Virus record (IMG/VR): IMGVR_UViG_3300014494_000005
Location: 124,001-188,000 of that record
Reading direction: 5' to 3' (one strand)
DNA: 64,000 bases
Both the position numbers and the translations under genes were made by a program. The notes under the pieces are model-generated. The model made no database searches. It was not told the origin of the DNA and worked only from the letters and a program-made list of their open reading frames with translations. Positions 10,014-17,830 of this stretch are shown one piece after another (positions within the stretch are counted from its first letter, which is position 1; the number at the start of each line of letters is the position of its first letter).

Positions 10014-10158
10014 AGGGAACAATTTTAAAGTATTTGTTGTTTTTGTTTTGCAAGTTTAACTGACTTGTGACTTAACCAGCTTGTCTAATTATTCAATTTT
10101 GGCGAATAATGATGGACTCGAACCATCGAAATTACTGTAAACACTTTACGTTTTCCCT
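10014..10158 (-). ncRNA. Y-RNA-like RNA B containing a circularly permuted tRNA-like domain (YrlA-like)
   Basis: AGGGAA/TTCCCT and TAAAGTGTTT/AAATACTTTA stems enclose T arm GATGG-TTCGAGT-CCATC, acceptor ATTATTC-GCCA-AAATT-GAATAAT, D arm GAC-AAGCTGGTTAA-GTC, anticodon arm CAAGT-CAGTTAA-ACTTG. Confidence 0.8.
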
Positions 10159-10196
10159 TTGTACTATTATGCAATTATATATCGCATTTAAATTTG

Positions 10197-10333
10197 TGGG
10201 GAGAGCAGGATTTGAACCTGCACATCATTGTTTTAACGACAATTGCTTTACCTTTTACTGAAAATACAATCAGTTCTCTCTGTTAAGAGAGCAGTGAGAT
10301 AGTATTTTTTGTTTTTTATTTTGCTATCTCCCC
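10197..10333 (-). ncRNA. tRNA-like RNA D with ~65-70 nt D-loop insertion carrying the shared stem motif
   Basis: Acceptor GGGGAGA/TCTCCCC, T arm GCAGG-TTCAAAT-CCTGC, anticodon arm ATTGT-CGTTAAA-ACAAT; insert AATACTATC..CTCTCT-TAAC-AGAGAG-AACTGATTGTATTTTCAGTA. Confidence 0.8.
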
Positions 10334-10359
10334 ATATATTTTAAAGAACTTTAAAAATT

Positions 10360-10448
10360 AGAAGAAATTTGTTAGTATTGTTTTTCTGCCGTCACTCATG
10401 GACGGCATACATTATTTTTCAACTGCTGTAAACACTATCAGTTCTTCT
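10360..10448 (-). ncRNA. Y-RNA-like structured RNA A (conserved stem + TGCCGTC/GACGGCA hairpin)
   Basis: AGAAGAA/TTCTTCT and TAGTGTT/AATACTA stems; motif AAGAACTGATAGTGTTTACAGCA. Confidence 0.7.
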
Positions 10449-10525
10449 CATTTTGATTAAGTTGGCGCAGTCTTCTTTTGTGACTTACTTTCAACGGAGT
10501 GTATGCCGTGACCTCTTAATCTTTG

Positions 10526-10597
10526 TAGCGGGAGAGGGACTTGAACCCCCGACCTTTTGGTTATGAGCCAAACGAGATGCCTCTTCTCCACCCCGCA
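10526..10597 (-). tRNA. tRNA-Met(CAT), initiator-like
   Basis: TGCGGGGTGGAGAAGAGGCATCTCGTTTGG-CTCATAA-CCAAAAGGTCGGGGG-TTCAAGT-CCCTCTCCCGCTA; T1:T72 mismatch; CCA not encoded. Confidence 0.92.
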
Positions 10598-10644
10598 ATA
10601 TACTTTTTAATCTTTTTAAAGAACGTTATATCATTTTGACGATG

Positions 10645-10675
10645 CAAATCTATAACACATTTTTTAATTGTGCAA
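10645..10675 (-). promoter_or_regulatory. Bacteroidota-type promoter for the tRNA/ncRNA array
   Basis: Minus strand TTG (10673-75), 20 nt, TAGATTTG (10645-52); GTATTTAT motif also at 10721-28. Confidence 0.7.
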
Positions 10676-10768
10676 GTTTTTTTCAAAAAAAATAAAAAAT
10701 ATTTTACAACGTCTGGAAAAATAAATACGTAGAAATTTCAAAAAAGTTATTGTTTTTTATAAAATATT

Positions 10769-13700
10769 TTAATCATCTTTTATAACTCTCTGATTTTGAC
10801 GTGCTTTATTTAAAATATTAAATACATTTTTTTCATTTTCTTGTGGCTCATCAGGGTCAATTAATAATTTATTTTCCAATTCTTTTATATTAATATTTTT
10901 ATTTGTTCTTTCAATTAATGGTTTTATTGTTAAATTTTCTTCTTTAATCTCACGATTTTTTTCAACAATATTATTATCAATTTCTTTAACAAAAACTCCC
11001 GGTGGAACAAATTTAGTTAAATCTAATGATTTTTTAATATCTTCTAATTTTACTTCTGGTTGATTAATAATTTCATTAATTGTACTACCTGATTCACCAT
11101 TCCATTCAAATGGTTCTTTTTTTTCATCCCTTTTTATTTGTTCTTCATGAAATATTACTTCAGGATGAATTATTTCTTCATTTAATTCTTCAACCACACC
11201 ATTAATTTCCAGTATTGCTTCGTTGGCAATATCAATTATTTGTTTAATTTCATTTTGATTTAAATCTATTCTTGTAGTACTAATATGAATATTTTCTATT
11301 TGTTTAACAGGAACACCATGTATCTCACCTTCAATCTCTCTTCTCATTTGTTCAATAAAATCACTACTTTCAGCTTTAATCGGTTCGGTCTTAACAATAG
11401 GTTCTTCTTTTTTTACAATAGGTTCGTCAGTATTTGTTTTTATTACAGTTTCATTTTCTTTTACTGTATTTTGTTCAATTTCAAATTCAGAATTGTTTTG
11501 CAATAATCTATTAATTTCAGTAGAAGATAAATTTACAACATCAACAGCATTTTTAGAATCTTCAGCAAGTTGACTAACAACAACATGCATTTTATTTGCA
11601 GTACTTTCAACTTTATTTACATCATTTTCATCGTAATGTTTCAGTTTATTCTTTACAGGATATTTTGAGTCAGTTATAATAATTTGCATTGTATCATTAT
11701 TAAAAATACAATCTTCAAATGTTTGTCCATCTTTTGCAAATCTTGCTTTAAGAATACTAATATTAGCAAAATTTGCATCTTGTTGTGCTGGTGTTTTAGC
11801 AACTGACATAAAAAAATGTGCTTTTTGAATTCTTTTAATATTGCCACCTGTTTGTTGTGCTCCAACAATTGCAGCACCAAAACCAGAACGATTAGTTTGA
11901 ATTGCTGACCATGCAGGTATATCAAAATCTGAAGCAAGTGCTTCAAAAGATTTTACTATTTGTAATTCAGCTTCATTTCTATCTGGTGATTTTTTATGAG
12001 ATTCAAGGCAATCAAGATAATCTATTACAAGTATATCAAATTTAAAACCATATTTTTTTTGATATCCTATCATCCAATTTTTAATATCCAACATTGTAGT
12101 ATTTTCCTGACTAAATTGTTTAATCAAAAGTCTACCTTTTCCTTCTAATGATTCTGCTTTTTCTGTTGCAATTTTAAAAACTCTTGCATTTTCATCCTCA
12201 TCATCAAGTTTACTTAATGCAGATTTTGCCCAAATAGTATAATGTTTACGTTTAATCTGTTCTTTTGTATCTTCAATTATAATTTGTGCAACATTTTTTT
12301 CTTGTTCATAAGCAGTATTAGCAATAATTGTAAGTGCAGTAGTATTATGTGTTAAAATATAATCATCAATTATATATAAATGGTCATTATTTTCAACATA
12401 TATACATGTTGCATCTTCTTCATGTGAATATTCAATATTTTTTATAAATTTATTATATTCATATTTATCACGAATTACAATTCTATCAAGTTTGGTAGGT
12501 AAAGTACATGGTTTAATACCATTGTTTGGAAAACTTATGGTTAAACAATAATTTTTTTTACCTAAAACTTTTACACCATTTTTATTATACGATTTAATTT
12601 TTTCGTTAATTCTACATGTTCCACCCAATGATAATACTAATTCTCGAACATTTTTTGATAATTCTTTTGAAACTGTAGAATAAATAATTGAATGATTTTT
12701 ACCAACACCACCATCTGAATCAATTAAACCTTGTAATAATTTTTCTCTATATTCGATACAATTATATAAATAAATATTAGGAATAAATTTATTAGTTGAA
12801 TCAGTACCATATAAATTAAGTTCTGTTTCTAAAACATTTCTCGAATTTATTAATGATATTCGATATAATTTTTTATAATTTTCTTTTCTTCCTTCATATT
12901 CATGAACAATAACATTTTTTTCAAGATTACATATTTTATCAACAATAAATAAATCTGATGTTATAATGTGTGGTTGATTTTTTCTTGTTAAACATCCATC
13001 ACCCAATAATACCCCCATTATATAAGGGTCAATTTTAACCTCTAATTTATTAAATTGAATTGGTAATACATTAGGTAATCTATAATTTAAATTATTTTTT
13101 ATTTTAATATCTTCCATAATTTCAGACGTTTTTAATATCTGAAATGTATGGTCAGGAATACTTAATGTTTTACCATTTATATTAGTTTTTTGATTTCTTT
13201 GTTTAAATGAATTAACTGCCCATAAATGTTCTACATCACAATAAGATATTGTTTGGTCTGAAAAAGTAACTTTATATATTTTTCTTTTACCTTGTGGATA
13301 TACTGCTAATATTTTTTGTTTTTTTCCGTCACTACCAAAAATATAATCATTAACTTTTAATGTACCATTTTCAACCCAACCATTTGGTGTTAATACTTTA
13401 TGGCTATTTGGCAAGGCTTTTCCTACACCTGATGGTGTTAATATTAAACCAATTTCACCTTTACCAAGACCACCACCAGTCAATGAATCTATTACACCAA
13501 TTCCAGTAGGTATTGGTTGTCTAAATTCTTTTCTTAATGCTTTTTCAATACCTTCTATTACTTCTTCACAATCATCTTCATCCTCACCAATATGTGTAAT
13601 TTTTTGAAATTTTTCTTCAATTGCTGCAATAACATATTTACTTTTAATTTCACCATTTTTTACTTTATCAATAATACCTTCAGCTAATTTACGATATTCT

Positions 13701-14089
13701 TGTTGTTTAATAAAAGAATTTGTAGATTTTTGTATAACATCTCCATCATAAAGCATTTGTTTATTAATAATTCTTTCATTCCAAAGTTCAATACGTTTAA
13801 TTACAGCAAATAATGATTCTTCTTCAATTACATTATTTGGAGTTTTATATTTATTAATTGCTTGATGAATACTTTGATTTTGAAGATTTGGAACTTTCTG
13901 AAATTCTTTAAAATATTCTAAAATAATTAAAAATAATCTTCTAAGATTTGGGTCATCAAAATATTCAATTGCTATATCTGGAATTATTTTTTCTGCAAAC
14001 TCTGGTTCAACTAACAACTGCCACATAAGATGTTGTTGAAATTCAGGACCTAAATATGATGATAATGTATTTTCTGTTATATCTGCCAT
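10769..14089 (-). CDS. Replicative DNA helicase (gp41/DnaB family) with intein and acidic C-terminal extension
   Basis: IPTGIGVIDSLTGGGLGKGEIGLILTPSGVGK|TT Walker A split by intein; DILVIDYLD; WSAIQTNR; ILKARF. Confidence 0.92.
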   Translation of the reverse strand: MADITENTLSSYLGPEFQQHLMWQLLVEPEFAEKIIPDIAIEYFDDPNLRRLFLIILEYFKEFQKVPNLQNQSIHQAINKYKTPNNVIEEESLFAVIKRIELWNERIINKQMLYDGDVIQKSTNSFIKQQEYRKLAEGIIDKVKNGEIKSKYVIAAIEEKFQKITHIGEDEDDCEEVIEGIEKALRKEFRQPIPTGIGVIDSLTGGGLGKGEIGLILTPSGVGKALPNSHKVLTPNGWVENGTLKVNDYIFGSDGKKQKILAVYPQGKRKIYKVTFSDQTISYCDVEHLWAVNSFKQRNQKTNINGKTLSIPDHTFQILKTSEIMEDIKIKNNLNYRLPNVLPIQFNKLEVKIDPYIMGVLLGDGCLTRKNQPHIITSDLFIVDKICNLEKNVIVHEYEGRKENYKKLYRISLINSRNVLETELNLYGTDSTNKFIPNIYLYNCIEYREKLLQGLIDSDGGVGKNHSIIYSTVSKELSKNVRELVLSLGGTCRINEKIKSYNKNGVKVLGKKNYCLTISFPNNGIKPCTLPTKLDRIVIRDKYEYNKFIKNIEYSHEEDATCIYVENNDHLYIIDDYILTHNTTALTIIANTAYEQEKNVAQIIIEDTKEQIKRKHYTIWAKSALSKLDDEDENARVFKIATEKAESLEGKGRLLIKQFSQENTTMLDIKNWMIGYQKKYGFKFDILVIDYLDCLESHKKSPDRNEAELQIVKSFEALASDFDIPAWSAIQTNRSGFGAAIVGAQQTGGNIKRIQKAHFFMSVAKTPAQQDANFANISILKARFAKDGQTFEDCIFNNDTMQIIITDSKYPVKNKLKHYDENDVNKVESTANKMHVVVSQLAEDSKNAVDVVNLSSTEINRLLQNNSEFEIEQNTVKENETVIKTNTDEPIVKKEEPIVKTEPIKAESSDFIEQMRREIEGEIHGVPVKQIENIHISTTRIDLNQNEIKQIIDIANEAILEINGVVEELNEEIIHPEVIFHEEQIKRDEKKEPFEWNGESGSTINEIINQPEVKLEDIKKSLDLTKFVPPGVFVKEIDNNIVEKNREIKEENLTIKPLIERTNKNINIKELENKLLIDPDEPQENEKNVFNILNKARQNQRVIKDD
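12344..13417 (-). mobile_element. Class 3 (Ala1, WCT) intein with LAGLIDADG endonuclease, 358 aa
   Basis: Starts ALPNSHKVLTPNG, ends ILTHN|T; HLW (block B), ATCI (block F); VLLGDG and GLIDSDG motifs. Confidence 0.88.
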
Positions 14090-14159
14090 TTTAAAATATG
14101 TGTGTGAAAAATCATTACAATTTTAATAAAAAATAGTAATAATAATATTATTTTTCTAT

Positions 14160-14702
14160 TTAGTTTCGTCTAATTTTTTTTAATATTTCTTCTCTTTTAG
14201 AAATAGAAAATTCTCTGATTTGATTAATTGATAAGCCACCCAAATTAATTAAATCATAATCATCCCACATATTTTTAATGTCATTCTTTTTTATTTTATC
14301 AAAAATAGTATCAGCAATTTCAATAACTGCATCTGTTAAATCAAATGACCATCTTGCCACAGGATTAAATCCATCAACATAAAATAATCGTTCAACAATT
14401 GGATTACTGTTTATATAAAAACCGATTTTACATTCAACTCCTTTAATTGTTTTTTCTTCAATTTGTTGTACAATAGGTTTTGGATTATAATGTGTATCGA
14501 CTTTATCACTAATAACGTAATAATTTCGTTTTGATAAAGTTTTTTGTAATTTTGTTATTGCACGTGGAAGAATATCTCTAATATCAATTGAATATCTCGT
14601 AAATGGATTAAATTTATCTGCATTAAATGCTTTTTCACATAACAAAATATTTTCTTGATATAATGAAAATCTAAATTCGTTATTATTTTCTTTTTCGCTC
14701 AT
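14160..14702 (-). CDS. Hypothetical protein
   Basis: 180 aa ORF in the replication block; TATATTTG at 14735-42 upstream. Confidence 0.7.
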   Translation of the reverse strand: MSEKENNNEFRFSLYQENILLCEKAFNADKFNPFTRYSIDIRDILPRAITKLQKTLSKRNYYVISDKVDTHYNPKPIVQQIEEKTIKGVECKIGFYINSNPIVERLFYVDGFNPVARWSFDLTDAVIEIADTIFDKIKKNDIKNMWDDYDLINLGGLSINQIREFSISKREEILKKIRRN

Positions 14703-14771
14703 TTTGATTATTTTTAAATTGTTAATAACTATGACAAATATAGTGTGAATCTACTAAAAGTAAAAGACTTT

Positions 14772-15830
14772 TTATAAATTACCACGATTATTTTTTATAT
14801 ACTCTGTAAATAATTGCTTTTCATTCATAATAACTGTATAAAATGGTTCAACATATTGAACAAATGTACTACCATACACTGATAAGAACTGGTCTTCATT
14901 CATCATTTTAAGTAAATTTGTGCTTCCTCGACCTTCTGGAGATAATGGTATTTCTAATTGTTTTAATTCTTCAATTGCTTGTTCATTAAGCATTGGTTCT
15001 CTTAAATTAACTAGTTGAAAATTTGTTTTTAATCTTTCAACACCTTCTGGACTTATTAATTTTTCTAATGCTTTTAATGGTTTCTTTTTATTGGCAATTC
15101 GTTCTTTATTTATTTCATCTGCTCTTCTACAAATTTCCCTAACACTAATATGTTTGAATTTCAATTCAGGAAAATGTTCTAATAATGTTTTTTCACCAAT
15201 ACCTTCAATACCTTTAATATTATCGGCATCATCACCACATATTATTTTTAAAACAAGTGCATTCGAATAATGATGATTAAAATGCATTAAATAATTAGAA
15301 CGAGTTACTGGTTGGTCAATGTTTGGAAATATTATTGTAATATTTAAATCCAATAATTGAGCGAAATCCCTGTCATTAGAATATAGGTGAATGGATTCGA
15401 GATTATTATGTTGTAAACAGTATGCAGCAATCAGGTCATCAGCCTCTACCTCAACTACTTCAATCTGTCTGAGAAACAATTCCTCGACATATGCTTGTAC
15501 TCTTTTTCTTTGTTTTAATATTGATTCTTCCTTCTCCCTTTCTCTACGAATTTCAACATCACTCATTTCAATTTTTTCATACCAATTTTTGCTTTTTCTA
15601 TTAGATTTATAGTTAGTATCTATTTGGTGGCGCATAATCCCACCCATTTCTCCGTCCCAGCATATAATGACCTTTGTTATCATATGGTTTTTAATTAATT
15701 TACGTGTTGTAGTTAAAAATTGATAAACTGCTCCAAAATGTCCAAAATTAGAAGTATATATATCTTTAGCTCCATGATATGAGCGTTGAAGTAAATATGA
15801 CCCATCAATTAATAATGTGCGTATTTTCAT
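14772..15830 (-). CDS. 5'-3' exonuclease / flap endonuclease (T4 RNase H / PolA N-terminal-like)
   Basis: LLIDG, WDG, YKSNR, EADDLIA, SNDRDFAQL, GDDADNIKGIEGIGEKT. Confidence 0.92.
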   Translation of the reverse strand: MKIRTLLIDGSYLLQRSYHGAKDIYTSNFGHFGAVYQFLTTTRKLIKNHMITKVIICWDGEMGGIMRHQIDTNYKSNRKSKNWYEKIEMSDVEIRREREKEESILKQRKRVQAYVEELFLRQIEVVEVEADDLIAAYCLQHNNLESIHLYSNDRDFAQLLDLNITIIFPNIDQPVTRSNYLMHFNHHYSNALVLKIICGDDADNIKGIEGIGEKTLLEHFPELKFKHISVREICRRADEINKERIANKKKPLKALEKLISPEGVERLKTNFQLVNLREPMLNEQAIEELKQLEIPLSPEGRGSTNLLKMMNEDQFLSVYGSTFVQYVEPFYTVIMNEKQLFTEYIKNNRGNL

Positions 15831-16600
15831 ACTTCAATTAATTTCAAATTTTGACATATTTCACCCAACCAATTATTTTTACATGCAATTCTATATGCGC
15901 AAGTAAATTCTTTTTCAAAGTCTCTCATTTTTGTAAAATTTTTTGCAAATTCAATTATATTTTCTTTAGTCCAAAATAATGTTGGATATCTTTTTTTATA
16001 ATTCAACATTGGGTATATAATATCTCTCCATCCATTATCTCTTATTTTTAAATATAATGCGTTATTCTTTTTCATTAAATCTCCAACCGATTTATATTCA
16101 ATTATTATTGATTTAACATAATCTAAATCATCATATTTGTGCTTTTTACCTGTCCACCCAATAGAACCAGTTTTTGCTCGATTTAATATGTCCCAACCAT
16201 TATTTTTATATTTATTAAGATATTCTTCTTCTAATTTAATTGCTAGTTCTACTTCGACATAATCAGTTAATTGTTTATATATTGGAATATAACTCGTTTT
16301 ATTAATATAACTTGTTACAGTATCACCACTTTTATTCATTCTTTTTATTTGCCTTTGTTCCATGAAATATGTTAAACCTATATATACCGAATGACTTTCA
16401 ATAAATTCAACAGCATATATACATCTATAATGTGCATTATTTAGTGGTTTCATGTGTAAACAAATATCATTAATATATTTATATCTCTTTGCTGCATTAT
16501 ATGCACACGAATCAAACAATCTAAAATCACGTTTATTATTATATTTTAATGCTTCTTCTTTACATTTTTCTTTAGTCCAATATCCTCTAGGTTTTCTCAT
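15827..16600 (-). CDS. GIY-YIG-like homing endonuclease with short repeats
   Basis: CIYAVEF...VYIGLT; WTKE repeats; paralog of 25837..26604; likely start MRKPRG at 16600. Confidence 0.7.
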   Translation of the reverse strand: MRKPRGYWTKEKCKEEALKYNNKRDFRLFDSCAYNAAKRYKYINDICLHMKPLNNAHYRCIYAVEFIESHSVYIGLTYFMEQRQIKRMNKSGDTVTSYINKTSYIPIYKQLTDYVEVELAIKLEEEYLNKYKNNGWDILNRAKTGSIGWTGKKHKYDDLDYVKSIIIEYKSVGDLMKKNNALYLKIRDNGWRDIIYPMLNYKKRYPTLFWTKENIIEFAKNFTKMRDFEKEFTCAYRIACKNNWLGEICQNLKLIEV

Positions 16601-16653
16601 AATAAAAAAAATAAAAAATCTTTGGTTAAATTTATTAACCAAAGATTTAAATA

Positions 16654-17757
16654 TTATTCAGCTTTTTCTATAATATCAAATACTACTTTTCCATCAGTAT
16701 TTTCAATACGTTCACCTGTGCCAATATCATCAACATTTAAATCATCATTACCAAATAAATTACGAAAATATAATATATTTTTCTTTTTATATTCTTCAAC
16801 ACCTTCAGGAGTTATAAATCCTTGTGGTACTGAAATTATTGACCCTTCCATCGAAATACCACCAAGCGGTCCATCTATTTGATTTTTTAATACATTAACT
16901 TTTACTGACACACCATATGATATTTCACGTTTTTTTGAAATAGCTGTAATTTTCTTAACACCTTTTGACACAATACCACCAAAATAATACTGCAATCGAG
17001 GCGTGTATTCCCATGTACGTCCACCTTTCATAGTAATTGAATTATTCATTGCATCACGACCAATTTTCTGAACAACAAATACTGTATTTGTATATTGTTT
17101 TGTTGCTTTCCTACTATTTGGAATAACATCATTAAATAAATACATAAATTCTTTTTCATACGCACCTGCATTCCAAAAATTGGAATCTGATTCATTTTTT
17201 TCTGCAGCATTAATTGTTTTATTGCAATTCAACGTACCAATTGAGTCAATTGCAAATGCTAAATCAAATGGTAAATTACCATCGCTTTGTTCACGTAATA
17301 AGAAACGAACACAATTCGCTAAATCTTCAATTGAAGCATAATTTCTATTTTTATCTAAAACTCTTCCAAAATGTTCTAACAGATATTCATTATCAATAAA
17401 AATATGTTCTTTATCCCAATCAAAACCCATTGTAGTTAATCGATATTTACTTAAGTTATTTTCTAAATCAATTATTATTGGAAGCAATCCCATTTTTTGT
17501 GCATTAACAATACCTAACGCTACTGCAGTGGATTTTCCGCTATTAGAAAATCCGCAACATGCTGATACGTAGCCCTTTGGGAAGCCCGGAATTCCAGTTA
17601 CCTCCTCCATAGCATCATCAATTTTTATCCATTGTAGTGGTTTATCTGGAATATCTTCAACTCCTACCTTCTTTTTAAAATTTTCAAGACTAAATGTTTT
17701 TTTTGCAGTCGGTTTTCTTACCTCATTTGAAGGTACTTCAATTTCATTTTTTTTCAT
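16654..17757 (-). CDS. uvsX: RecA/UvsX-like recombinase
   Basis: GIPGFPKG, Walker A GFSNSGKST, IIDLEN, AIDSIG, MKGG, VLKNQ. Confidence 0.85.
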   Translation of the reverse strand: MKKNEIEVPSNEVRKPTAKKTFSLENFKKKVGVEDIPDKPLQWIKIDDAMEEVTGIPGFPKGYVSACCGFSNSGKSTAVALGIVNAQKMGLLPIIIDLENNLSKYRLTTMGFDWDKEHIFIDNEYLLEHFGRVLDKNRNYASIEDLANCVRFLLREQSDGNLPFDLAFAIDSIGTLNCNKTINAAEKNESDSNFWNAGAYEKEFMYLFNDVIPNSRKATKQYTNTVFVVQKIGRDAMNNSITMKGGRTWEYTPRLQYYFGGIVSKGVKKITAISKKREISYGVSVKVNVLKNQIDGPLGGISMEGSIISVPQGFITPEGVEEYKKKNILYFRNLFGNDDLNVDDIGTGERIENTDGKVVFDIIEKAE

Positions 17758-17786
17758 AAATTTTTAATTTTTTTAAAATAGATTAA

Positions 17787-17813
17787 AAAAGGGGAAATAA
17801 AAATTCCCCTTTT
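17787..17813 (-). terminator. Intrinsic terminator after the SSB gene
   Basis: aaaaggggaa/ttcccctttt inverted repeat. Confidence 0.7.
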
Positions 17814-17830
17814 ATTTAATTAATTACTTT

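Noticed and set aside
10250-10322. Group I or BHB intron in the tRNA-like RNA
   Set aside because: Too short for group I, no bulge-helix-bulge visible, and it carries the motif shared with the neighbouring RNAs
10197-10333. Ochre (TTA) suppressor tRNA implying stop-codon recoding
   Set aside because: G33 instead of U33 and a large D-loop insert; TAA ends most genes here and ORFs are intact under the standard code
9756-10448. CRISPR array or tmRNA
   Set aside because: Repeats are degenerate, irregularly spaced and pair with distal arms; no cas operon; no tag ORF, and lengths and acceptor stems do not fit tmRNA
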